Of a stretch of DNA of 32,000 nucleotides, positions 20,108 through 31,889 are shown one piece after another (positions within the stretch are counted from its first letter, which is position 1; every line of letters begins with the position of its first letter). A program made the translations under genes and the position numbers. Source of the DNA: Aliivibrio fischeri ES114 (GTDB lineage: Bacteria; Pseudomonadota; Gammaproteobacteria; Enterobacterales; Vibrionaceae). A model generated the notes under the pieces. The model saw nothing but the letters and a program-made list of their open reading frames with translations, had not been told where the DNA came from and did no database searches. The stretch is from NCBI RefSeq assembly GCF_000011805.1, contig NC_006840.2. One strand, written 5' to 3'.

Positions 20108-21049
20108 TTATTTTTTCAGCACTGGAGCAGTATATTTGAAAGGTTGATCAATCAATGAACCTTGAGGACCACTATTATTTAATGCCATACCAACATTGGT
20201 TAATCCTAACCATCTTGGTTCACACCACAATGGCGATAATAGTGTTGGTTGACGCGCGGTTGCTGACACTCGGTGATAAACCACTTCAGGTGGCGTTAAA
20301 CGAATAAGCTCACAAGCAATATCAACATATTCATCCATTTCTGGCGCATCGAGCTTGCCTGCACGCCATGCTTTCGCCAGTGTACTACCTTCAACGATAT
20401 GCAAAGGGTGCAATTTAATACCATCAGTTCCTGTCGCTAATACTTTATCTAACGTTTGACGGTTATCATCTCTAGTATCACCAGGTAATCCAATAATTAA
20501 ATGCGTACAAACTTTAATACCTAAAGAACGAGCTTTACGAGTAATGGCATCATAACAAGCAAAATCATGTCCACGGTTAATACGTTTCAATGTTTTATCA
20601 TTCGCGGTTTGTAGGCCTAACTCCAACCATACTTCATAGCCATCATCGACATAACCTTTGAGTAAATCTAATACCGCATCAGGAACACAATCAGGACGAG
20701 TACCAACACAAAGCCCGACAATATTGGCAGCTTTTAATGCCTCTTCGTACATATTTTTTAAAACTTGCACTTCAGCAAAAGTACTCGTGTAAGCTTGAAA
20801 ATAAGCCAAATACTTTTTCGCACGCTGAACTTCACCCGCTCTATCGGTCAATTGATCATGAATCGATTTAAATTGTTCTTGTTCGTCAGCAAATGAAGCA
20901 ACATTACAAAATGTACAGCCACCTTTACCTATTGTTCCATCTCGATTCGGGCAGCTAAATCCACCGTGCAACGTCAGTTTATGTACTTTTTCGCCATATC
21001 TGCGTTGTAAATCTTGTCCAAAAGTATTTGCTAATTCGTGAAGTTGCAT
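20108..21049 (-). CDS. yhcC: radical SAM protein YhcC (TIGR01212 family)
   Basis: The gene has the CPNRDGTIGKGGCTFCN cluster and is colinear with E. coli YhcC from MQLHELANTFG. The arcB-yhcC-gltBD order matches E. coli. The tracked start at 21076 is probably a 9-codon extension. Confidence 0.88.
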   Translation of the reverse strand: MQLHELANTFGQDLQRRYGEKVHKLTLHGGFSCPNRDGTIGKGGCTFCNVASFADEQEQFKSIHDQLTDRAGEVQRAKKYLAYFQAYTSTFAEVQVLKNMYEEALKAANIVGLCVGTRPDCVPDAVLDLLKGYVDDGYEVWLELGLQTANDKTLKRINRGHDFACYDAITRKARSLGIKVCTHLIIGLPGDTRDDNRQTLDKVLATGTDGIKLHPLHIVEGSTLAKAWRAGKLDAPEMDEYVDIACELIRLTPPEVVYHRVSATARQPTLLSPLWCEPRWLGLTNVGMALNNSGPQGSLIDQPFKYTAPVLKK

Positions 21050-21614
21050 TGGATTAACCAGTATTAAATCAAGCACTTACTTTACAAATAAAAAGAAGTT
21101 TTCTTGTTATTTATGAAAGTTGCTAACTCGTTTGTAAAAAAAGACCGTAAATAATAACGATATTCCGCTATCTCTATTCTAATTTATATCAATAAAAGTC
21201 GCATAAACTGGCAATTATTAGAGAAAAACACCGTTTTATATTAAATATTTATTCATTTTGATGAAAAAAAGTGAAATTTACGTGCAACTTTAGTTGGTAT
21301 TTAATATGACAAAAATGTAGGATAGTTACATCGTTAATTAGTTTAATTTGCCACCAATATGGTTATTGGGGCGTTTCGATAGTGATATCTACCCTCTTTA
21401 AACAAGTACTACGGATAAAAGTATTTGATGGATATCACAATGGATTGGTTAGTTTGCACGTCACAATAAGTGATGCCAGTAAACACCAGAATGGATTCAA
21501 ACTTGCAACCTCTTGAGACTAACTCACTGCAAGTTCGATTTGAAAATTAGCAAAGGACTAGACAGAAACTTACGTAGAGAAGTTGTGTCTGCATTAAACT
21601 GGAAGGAAGTATCT

Positions 21615-24600
21615 ATGGTAGATAGAGAGCAGAATGCACAAGGCATGTATACTCCAGAACTGGAGCATGATGCGTGTGGTATCGGTTTTGTCGCTCACCT
21701 AAAGAACCGCAAATCTCATGATGTGGTAACTCAAGCACTTGATATGCTAGCTCGAATGGAGCACCGTGGCGGTCAAGGCTGTGATCCATGCAGTGGTGAT
21801 GGCGCGGGTATTCTTTTACAGAAGCCACATGAGTTTTTATTAGAAGAAGCCGTTAAACTCAGCATTAAATTACCTTCTTTTGAAAAATATGGTGTTGGTG
21901 TTGTTCTATTCCCTAAAGATGAACACAAACGTCAACAATGTAGAGATATTTTAGAACGTAATGCACAACGCTTGGATTTAGAAATCCTTGGCTACCGCGT
22001 TCTTCCTGTCGATAACTCGATGTTAGGTGATGATCCTCTAAGCACAGAACCACAATTTGAACACGTATTTATTTCTGGTGGCCCATCAATGAGCCCTGAA
22101 GAACTAGAACGTAAATTATATGTTTTACGTAACTATACGGTTCGTGTGTGTTTAGAAAGCATTTCAAATATCGGTGATGATTTTTACATTAACTCTCTAT
22201 CGTACAAAACCTTGGTATATAAAGGTCAATTAACGACTGAACAAGTACCACAGTACTTCTTAGATTTACAAAATCCAACGATGGTGACAGCCTTAGCATT
22301 AGTTCACTCTCGTTTCTCAACGAATACTTTCCCACGCTGGCGTTTAGCTCAACCATTCCGTTACATTGCGCATAACGGTGAAATCAATACAGTTCGTGGT
22401 AACTTAAATTGGATGAAAGCGCGTGAAGCGATCATCGAATCTGATTTATTCACTCAACAAGAAATTGATATGCTACTGCCTATCTGTCAAGAAGGCAGCT
22501 CTGACTCATCTAACTTTGATATGGCTTTAGAACTTCTGGTTCTTTCTGGTCGTAGCTTGCCACATGCACTAATGATGATGATCCCTGAAGCATGGCAAGA
22601 AAATAAAAACATGGACCCAACGCGTCGTGCATTTTACCAATATCATGCAAACGTAATGGAACCATGGGATGGCCCAGCTTCTGTTTGTTTCACCGATGGT
22701 GTACAGGTAGGTGCAACACTTGACCGTAATGGTCTTCGCCCTTCTCGTTATACTGTGACAAAAGATGACTTCCTTGTCATGGCTTCAGAATCAGGTGTTG
22801 TTGACATTGCACCTGAAAACGTAGAATTCCGTGGTCGTTTACAGCCAGGGCGTATCTTTGTTGCTGACTTAGAGCAAGGCCGTATTATTTCTGATGAAGA
22901 AGTAAAAGATGGTATTGCTAATGCGCAGCCTTATCAAAAATGGGTTGAAGAAAACCTATTAAGTTTAAATAAACTGCCTGAAGCAACAAACCAATTCAGT
23001 CAACCATCTCCTGAGCGTCTACTAAACCGTCAACAAGCGTTTGGTGTGACATCAGAAGAAGTGAATGAAATTATTCTGCCATTAGCAAAAACGGCGTATG
23101 AACCCTTAACTGCAATGGGTGCCGATTGGCCATTAGCAATTCTTTCACATCAATCTCAGCATTTATCTAACTACTTTAAGCAATTATTTGCACAGGTAAC
23201 TAACCCACCGATCGATCCGATCCGTGAGCGTATGGTGATGTCTCTGAATACCTATTTAGGTAAAGATCAGAACTTACTGACTGAAACACCTGAACACTGT
23301 CAAAAAGTAGAACTTGAATCCCCTGTTCTTTCTAACTCTGAGTTAGAAAAGCTTCGTGCGATTGATAACGAACACTTACAAGCTAAAACGCTTGATATCG
23401 TTTTCCAAGCAAATGAAGACGCAGGCAAACTTGAACGAGCACTTAAACGCATTTGTCAGTATGCAGAAGATGCTGTAATCGATGGTTACTCTATTATCCT
23501 TCTGACAGACCGTGCAGTGAACTCAAACCATGCTGCAATTCCTGCAATGCTTGCTGTAGGTGCTGTTCATCACCATCTAATTCGTAAAGGTTTACGAGCT
23601 AAATGTGACATCGTTATTGAAACGGGTGACGCTCGTGAAACTCACCATTTTGCAACACTCGTTGGCTATGGCGCTAACGCAGTAAACCCATACCTTGTTA
23701 TTGAAACCATTGTTGAACTGCAGAGAACAAAGAAACTTGATCCTGAAGTATCAACAAAAGAATATTTTGATAACTACCGTAAAGGGGTTAATGGCGGTTT
23801 ACTTAAGATCTTCTCTAAAATGGGTATTTCAACACTGCAGTCTTATCATGGTGCTCAAATCTTTGAAGCGCTTGGTATTAGTAAGCCAGTTGTTGATAAA
23901 TACTTCACAGGTACCGTTTCTCGTATCCAAGGTCTAACGATTGATGATATCGCAAAAGAAGTTCTTATCCGCCACCGTGTAGGTTATCCAACGCGCGAAA
24001 TCCCTGTGCAAGTTCTTGATGTTGGTGGTGTATACCAATGGAAACAACGTGGTGAAAAACACTTGTTTAACCCTGAAACGATTTCACTACTACAAGAATC
24101 AACTCGTAATAAAGATTACGCTCAATTTAAGAAATATGCGAAAGCAGTAGATGATCAAGGTGATGATGCAGCAACACTACGTAGCCAACTTGATTTCATT
24201 AAAAACCCTGCAGGTTCAATCCCTCTGGAAGAAGTAGAGCCAATTGAGAATATTCTGAAACGTTTTGCAACTGGTGCAATGTCGTTTGGTTCAATTTCTC
24301 ATGAAGCTCACTCAACACTTGCAGTGGCAATGAACCGCATTGGTGCTAAATCTAACTCAGGCGAAGGTGGTGAAGACCCTATCCGTTTTGAGAAGAAAGA
24401 TAATGGTGACTGGGAACGTTCAGCTATCAAACAAGTCGCATCTGGTCGTTTTGGTGTTACCTCTTATTACCTAACTAACGCTGATGAGCTGCAAATTAAG
24501 ATGGCTCAAGGTGCAAAACCAGGCGAAGGTGGTCAACTGCCTGGTGATAAAGTCGATGATTGGATTGGTGCAACACGTCACTCTACTCCTGGGGTTGGTC

Positions 24601-26162
24601 TGATTTCACCACCGCCACATCATGATATTTATTCTATCGAAGATTTAGCACAACTTATCTACGATCTGAAAAACGCCAACCGTAAAGGACGCGTTAACGT
24701 TAAGTTAGTATCTGAAGCTGGTGTTGGTACTATCGCTTCTGGTGTAGCTAAAGCCAAAGCCGATGTGGTTCTTATTGCTGGTTTTGATGGTGGTACAGGT
24801 GCATCTCCAATGTCATCTATCCGTCATACCGGTCTTCCATGGGAGCTCGGTCTAGCAGAAACACACCAAACGCTACTGAAAAATGGTTTACGTAACCGTA
24901 TCGTTGTTCAGTCAGATGGCCAAATGAAAACACCTCGAGATCTTGCAGTAGCAACGCTTCTTGGTGCAGAAGAATGGGGTGTAGCTACGGCTGCTCTTGT
25001 TGTTGAAGGCTGTATCATGATGCGTAAGTGTCATAAAAATACGTGTCCTGTAGGTATCGCAACGCAAAACAAAACACTTCGTGAGCGCTTTGATGGACGT
25101 GTTGAAGACGTGGTGACGTTCTTCCAATATATGGCTGAAGGCCTACGTGAAGTGATGGCAGAACTTGGTTTCCGCTCTATCGATGAAATGGTTGGTCAAT
25201 CTCATAAACTTAAGGTTCGTGATGACATCGGTCATTGGAAATATAAAAACCTAGACTTAACACCGGTTCTTCATATTGAACAACCACGTGCTGAAGATGG
25301 TATTTATAACCAAATTCAACAACAGCATAACCTTGAAGATGTTCTGGATCGCAAACTTATCCAAGCCGCAATTCCAGCATTAGAACGAGGCGAAGCCGTT
25401 ACTGCAGAATTTGACATCATTAATACAGACCGAAGTGTCGGTACTATGCTGTCAAACGAAATTTCAAAAGTGTATAAAGACCAAGGTTTACCTCAACCGA
25501 TGAACGTTAAATTCAACGGTTCTGCTGGTCAAAGTTTGGGAGCATTCCTAGCTAAAGGCGTGAAATTTGAAGTTGAAGGCGATGCGAACGATTACTGGGG
25601 TAAGGGCTTATCAGGCGGTACACTAGTTCTTTACCCAGATGCGAAATCAACGATTGTCGCTGAAGATAACATTGTTGTTGGTAACGTTTGTTTCTACGGT
25701 GCAACGTCAGGTGAATCTTACATTCGTGGTATGGCTGGTGAACGTTTCTGTGTTCGTAACTCCGGTGCCAAAGTGGTCGTCGAAGGTGTTGGTGATCACG
25801 GTTGTGAATACATGACTGGTGGAGTTGCTGTTATCCTTGGTTCAACGGGTCGTAACTTTGCAGCAGGCATGAGTGGTGGTATCGCTTATGTTTGGGATAA
25901 ATCAGGCGATTTTGAATCCAAACTAAATCCTGAACTTGTTGATTTAGACCCTATTGAACAAGAAGATAAAGATCTTCTATTAGAAATGCTAACCAAGCAT
26001 GTTGAATTCACAGGAAGTGAAGTTGCTCAGTCTTTCTTAGATAACTTTGAAGCTAACTTAGCCTCTTTGGCTAAAGTAATGCCGCGAGATTACAAAGCGG
26101 TACTTCAAAAGCGTAAAGCTGAAGCACAACAAGCACAAACGGAAGAAGTGGAGGCAGTATAA
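21615..26162 (+). CDS. gltB: glutamate synthase (NADPH) large subunit
   Basis: This start gives 1515 aa. The amidotransferase N-terminus has the processed Cys (..LEHDACGIGFVAH), followed by FMN/3Fe-4S and GXGXG domains. The ATG at 21615 is preceded by GGAAGGAAG, and the tracked TTG start at 21513 is an extension. Confidence 0.95.
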   Translation: MVDREQNAQGMYTPELEHDACGIGFVAHLKNRKSHDVVTQALDMLARMEHRGGQGCDPCSGDGAGILLQKPHEFLLEEAVKLSIKLPSFEKYGVGVVLFPKDEHKRQQCRDILERNAQRLDLEILGYRVLPVDNSMLGDDPLSTEPQFEHVFISGGPSMSPEELERKLYVLRNYTVRVCLESISNIGDDFYINSLSYKTLVYKGQLTTEQVPQYFLDLQNPTMVTALALVHSRFSTNTFPRWRLAQPFRYIAHNGEINTVRGNLNWMKAREAIIESDLFTQQEIDMLLPICQEGSSDSSNFDMALELLVLSGRSLPHALMMMIPEAWQENKNMDPTRRAFYQYHANVMEPWDGPASVCFTDGVQVGATLDRNGLRPSRYTVTKDDFLVMASESGVVDIAPENVEFRGRLQPGRIFVADLEQGRIISDEEVKDGIANAQPYQKWVEENLLSLNKLPEATNQFSQPSPERLLNRQQAFGVTSEEVNEIILPLAKTAYEPLTAMGADWPLAILSHQSQHLSNYFKQLFAQVTNPPIDPIRERMVMSLNTYLGKDQNLLTETPEHCQKVELESPVLSNSELEKLRAIDNEHLQAKTLDIVFQANEDAGKLERALKRICQYAEDAVIDGYSIILLTDRAVNSNHAAIPAMLAVGAVHHHLIRKGLRAKCDIVIETGDARETHHFATLVGYGANAVNPYLVIETIVELQRTKKLDPEVSTKEYFDNYRKGVNGGLLKIFSKMGISTLQSYHGAQIFEALGISKPVVDKYFTGTVSRIQGLTIDDIAKEVLIRHRVGYPTREIPVQVLDVGGVYQWKQRGEKHLFNPETISLLQESTRNKDYAQFKKYAKAVDDQGDDAATLRSQLDFIKNPAGSIPLEEVEPIENILKRFATGAMSFGSISHEAHSTLAVAMNRIGAKSNSGEGGEDPIRFEKKDNGDWERSAIKQVASGRFGVTSYYLTNADELQIKMAQGAKPGEGGQLPGDKVDDWIGATRHSTPGVGLISPPPHHDIYSIEDLAQLIYDLKNANRKGRVNVKLVSEAGVGTIASGVAKAKADVVLIAGFDGGTGASPMSSIRHTGLPWELGLAETHQTLLKNGLRNRIVVQSDGQMKTPRDLAVATLLGAEEWGVATAALVVEGCIMMRKCHKNTCPVGIATQNKTLRERFDGRVEDVVTFFQYMAEGLREVMAELGFRSIDEMVGQSHKLKVRDDIGHWKYKNLDLTPVLHIEQPRAEDGIYNQIQQQHNLEDVLDRKLIQAAIPALERGEAVTAEFDIINTDRSVGTMLSNEISKVYKDQGLPQPMNVKFNGSAGQSLGAFLAKGVKFEVEGDANDYWGKGLSGGTLVLYPDAKSTIVAEDNIVVGNVCFYGATSGESYIRGMAGERFCVRNSGAKVVVEGVGDHGCEYMTGGVAVILGSTGRNFAAGMSGGIAYVWDKSGDFESKLNPELVDLDPIEQEDKDLLLEMLTKHVEFTGSEVAQSFLDNFEANLASLAKVMPRDYKAVLQKRKAEAQQAQTEEVEAV

Positions 26163-27634
26163 TGGGTAAGCCTACTGGTTTTTTAGAGCATGGTCGTGAA
26201 CTTCCAAAGAAGATCGACCCTAGTGTTCGAATTCAAGACAATAAAGAATTCGTCTTAAACGAAGAGTTTGGCGACAAAATTAATACTCAAGCATCTCGCT
26301 GTATGGATTGTGGTGTACCGTTTTGTCACAACGGATGCCCTATCGGTAACATTATTCCTGAATTTAACGATGCCGTTTATCGTGATAGTTGGGAAGAAGC
26401 ATGGAAGATTTTAAGTTCAACAAATAACTTTCCAGAATTTACTGGTCGAGTATGTCCAGCTCCTTGTGAAAGTGCCTGTGTTCTTGGTATCAACCAAGAT
26501 CCAATCACAATTTGTAATATCGAGAAAACAATTGTAGAGACGGCATATCGTGAGGGCTACGCACAACCGAAAAAACCTCGTTCACGAACAGGTAAAACGG
26601 TAGCCATTGTTGGTTCAGGTCCTGCTGGCTTAGCAGCAGCAGAGCAACTTAATAGTGCTGGCCATTCAGTCACCGTATATGAGCGTGACGAAAAAGTAGG
26701 TGGACTACTTCGATTTGGCATTCCAGATTTTAAATTAGGAATGGACATTATTGATCGTAAAATCAATTTAATGGCTGATGCTGGTATTAAGTTCGAAGTT
26801 AACGCTCATATTGGTATTGATGTTAATGCACAGCAACTACGCCAAGATTTTGATGTAGTTCTACTTACTGGTGGTTCTACCGTGCCACGAGACCTGCCTA
26901 TTCCTGGTCGTGACCTCAATGGGGTTCACTTTGCAATGGAGTTCCTAGGTCAAAATAACCGCCGTGCTAATAACATGGATTTAAAAACCAAAGAAATCCA
27001 CGCTAAAGGCAAACACGTTGTAGTTATTGGCGGTGGCGATACAGGTTCTGACTGTGTTGGTACTTCTAATCGCCATGGTGCAGCAAGCATTACTCAGGTA
27101 GAGATCATGCCGATCCCACCAGAAAAACGCCCTGCAAATATGCCTTGGCCTCAATATCCGATGATCATGAAAACAACCACTTCTCACGAAGAAGGTTGTG
27201 AACGTCATTGGAATATTTTAACCAAAGAATTTATCTCTGATGATGCAGGTAATGTAAAAGGCCTTCGTATTGCAGATATCGTTTGGCAAGATGCGAAGCC
27301 AGGTGAACGCCCAGGCTTTGATGAAGTTGCAGGCAGTGAACGAGTTATTCCTTGTGACCAAGCCTTCTTAGCTATGGGCTTCTTACATCCAGAACCAACG
27401 GGTGTATTAGCACAATTAGACATCAAGTTAGACGATCGTGGTAATGTGGCTACAGATGGCTTTGCGACAAATCAAAAAGGCGTTTTTGCGGCAGGAGATA
27501 TGCGAACAGGACAATCCCTGGTTGTTCGTTGTATTAATGAAGGTCGTGAATGTGCTCGTGAAATAGATAGCTATCTAATGGGTGGCTCTAATTTAGAAGC
27601 AAAAGCGGATTCATTAATGCTTTCTGCTTCATAA
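26162..27634 (+). CDS. gltD: glutamate synthase (NADPH) small subunit
   Basis: The ORF is 490 aa. It has Cys clusters ([18 protein letters not shown]) and FAD/NADPH GxGxxG motifs ([22 protein letters not shown]). Its start overlaps the gltB stop (TAATG). Confidence 0.96.
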   Translation: MGKPTGFLEHGRELPKKIDPSVRIQDNKEFVLNEEFGDKINTQASRCMDCGVPFCHNGCPIGNIIPEFNDAVYRDSWEEAWKILSSTNNFPEFTGRVCPAPCESACVLGINQDPITICNIEKTIVETAYREGYAQPKKPRSRTGKTVAIVGSGPAGLAAAEQLNSAGHSVTVYERDEKVGGLLRFGIPDFKLGMDIIDRKINLMADAGIKFEVNAHIGIDVNAQQLRQDFDVVLLTGGSTVPRDLPIPGRDLNGVHFAMEFLGQNNRRANNMDLKTKEIHAKGKHVVVIGGGDTGSDCVGTSNRHGAASITQVEIMPIPPEKRPANMPWPQYPMIMKTTTSHEEGCERHWNILTKEFISDDAGNVKGLRIADIVWQDAKPGERPGFDEVAGSERVIPCDQAFLAMGFLHPEPTGVLAQLDIKLDDRGNVATDGFATNQKGVFAAGDMRTGQSLVVRCINEGRECAREIDSYLMGGSNLEAKADSLMLSAS

Positions 27635-27666
27635 TTTACTAAATTCAGGTTTCCTTCCAAACCTTT

Positions 27667-27694
27667 GGCCAACATTTCGATGTTGGCCTTTTTT
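27667..27694 (+). terminator. rho-independent terminator after gltD
   Basis: The hairpin GGCCAACAT-ttcg-ATGTTGGCC is followed by T6. Confidence 0.85.
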
Positions 27695-27966
27695 CTGCCT
27701 CATAGCTAAAAAGCGACAATTTATAGCATTTTGGATAAATAGTTGTTCAGATAATTGCGTAGGAAAAATCGATTATAGCAAGGCATAAATTACAGTAACT
27801 AGTGGATCTAATTACACAATTTATAACGCTGATATAATCGATTTTAACAAGCAAGAATGATCAAATACTTATGTAGATTGGTATTAAATACGATTTTTAG
27901 CTATTTTGTACTTATACTTCTTTAATAAACACCTAAATCTATAATAAAAAGTGATTAATTATATTT

Positions 27967-28398
27967 ATGAAAAAATTACTTCTCACTCTAGTTAGCTCTT
28001 CATTACTTGTTGCTTGTAGTCAAAGGACGGAATCAATGGAAGACAAATCAATCGCTCCTTGTGGAGATAAACCCAACTGCATATCAACACTCGACGAGCG
28101 TGAGGAGTTTACTGTAAAACCCTTTATATTAACTAGTTCAGCAAATATGAAAGCAATCAGCCATATTGCCAGTCAATTAAAAGGAGCTAAATTAGTTGAT
28201 ATTAATAATGATTACGCCCGCATTGAATGTACAAGTTCAGTATTCCGTTTTGTTGATGACTTAGAATTACGAATTTACGGTAATACTCTGATTGTTCGCT
28301 CTGAATCACGAACAGGTTATTCAGATTTTGGCGTAAACCGTAAGCGAGTGGAGAAACTAAGAACACTATTAGAAGAAAAGGGACTTATTTCCCAATAA
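27967..28398 (+). CDS. DUF1499-family lipoprotein
   Basis: The ORF is 143 aa and has a lipobox (LLVA|C). The CGDKPNCIST and YSDFGVNRKRVEKLR motifs match what I recall as characteristic of DUF1499. Confidence 0.75.
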   Translation: MKKLLLTLVSSSLLVACSQRTESMEDKSIAPCGDKPNCISTLDEREEFTVKPFILTSSANMKAISHIASQLKGAKLVDINNDYARIECTSSVFRFVDDLELRIYGNTLIVRSESRTGYSDFGVNRKRVEKLRTLLEEKGLISQ

Positions 28399-28460
28399 AA
28401 AGCCTAACCACTTGAACTACCACTTCGCTCTGCTTATCTCATTCTATTTTCTACAGACGT

Positions 28461-28493
28461 AAAAAAGCCCTAATCTTTCGATTAGGGCTTTTT
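28461..28493. terminator. bidirectional terminator hairpin (repeat copy 1)
   Basis: A6-GCCCTAATC-tttc-GATTAGGGC-T5. It can terminate the DUF1499 transcript on the plus strand and read-through from the rrn operon on the minus strand. Confidence 0.75.
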
Positions 28494-28501
28494 CAAATAA
28501 G

Positions 28502-28612
28502 TGGCGGAGTGGACGGGACTTTCTATCGACCTTGAAAGCAGCACGTCCCCCGGTGTGACAGGTCGCTAAGCTCTCCAATAAAAAGCCTAACCAGCTGACT
28601 GCCACTTAGCTC
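28502..28612 (-). pseudogene. degenerate tRNA-Asp-like element
   Basis: It retains an exact 19-nt tRNA-Asp 3' end (AGTCCCGTCCACTCCGCCA) and the anticodon-loop region CCTGTCACA with GTC. The 9-nt T-arm segment is replaced by 24 unrelated nt. About 19 extra nt lie between the anticodon stem and the D arm, and the acceptor 5' strand is mutated. Confidence 0.55.
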
Positions 28613-28642
28613 TGTTTATCTCATTCTGTTTTCTACAAACGT

Positions 28643-28675
28643 AAAAAAGCCCTAATCTTTCGATTAGGGCTTTTT
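28643..28675 (-). terminator. rrn operon terminator (repeat copy 2)
   Basis: This is the same A6-GCCCTAATC-tttc-GATTAGGGC-T5 hairpin, 8 nt downstream of the tRNA-Asp 3' end on the minus strand. Confidence 0.8.
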
Positions 28676-28683
28676 CAAATAAG

Positions 28684-28760
28684 TGGCGGAGTGGACGGGA
28701 CTCGAACCCGCGACCCCCGGCGTGACAGGCCGGTATTCTAACCAACTGAACTACCACTCC
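28684..28760 (-). tRNA. tRNA-Asp (anticodon GUC)
   Basis: The 77-nt reverse complement is GGAGTGGTAGTTCAGTTGGTTAGAATACCGGCCTGTCACGCCGGGGGTCGCGGGTTCGAGTCCCGTCCACTCCGCCA. It folds as a full cloverleaf, has an encoded CCA, and is close to E. coli tRNA-Asp. Confidence 0.94.
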
Positions 28761-28789
28761 GCAGTGTCTATTCAGTATATCTTAATTTA

Positions 28790-28909
28790 AAGCCTGGCGA
28801 TGTCCTACTCTCACATGGGGAAACCCCACACTACCATCGGCGCTATTACGTTTCACTTCTGAGTTCGGCATGGGATCAGGTGGGTCCATAACGCTATGGT
28901 CGCCAAGCA
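28790..28909 (-). rRNA. rrf: 5S ribosomal RNA
   Basis: It aligns along its whole length with the reverse complement of E. coli 5S rRNA (..CCTGGCG..CCCCACACTACCATCGGCGCTA..TTTCACTTCTGAGTTCGGCATGGG..). Ends are accurate to about 3 nt. Confidence 0.92.
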
Positions 28910-28999
28910 AATTCTTTAATTCGGAAAGCTTAATTCTTAATGCACATTCAATTCGTTTCTTGCAACTTCAAATCCGTTCAAAACCCCTTGGGTGTTGTA

Positions 29000-31889
<2,890 letters not shown>

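Larger units (their letters stand above)
28392..28702. repeat. tandem direct repeat (period about 183 bp): copy 1 at 28392-28520, copy 2 at 28575-28702
   Basis: The two 128-129-bp copies differ at about 8 substitutions plus one indel. Each contains a tRNA 5'-half-like segment, a spacer, the same terminator hairpin and the 19-nt tRNA-Asp 3' end. Confidence 0.9.

Noticed and set aside
182-27426. Short antisense or alternative-frame ORFs nested in strong genes. Examples are 182-370, 1322-1507, 2676-2891, 6042-6293, 6048-6362, 7920-8258, 13244-13498, 13743-13952, 14941-15162, 17522-17707, 18099-18314, 21613-21828, 23695-23937, 24912-25127, 26557-26766, 26981-27208 and 27205-27426
   Set aside because: Each is fully or largely overlapped by a long ORF with unmistakable homology. 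Their translations are low-complexity or atypical in composition, with no Shine-Dalgarno sequence or recognisable motif.
28392-28760. The tRNA-Asp 3'-end duplication as attL/attR of an integrated genomic island, or as a CRISPR-like array
   Set aside because: Only 54 bp separate the two repeat copies and no cargo gene or integrase is present. The flanks downstream of both copies are themselves homologous, which indicates tandem duplication rather than island boundaries. There are two long copies plus a partial with no unique spacers, which is not CRISPR architecture. A relic of an old integration cannot be fully excluded.
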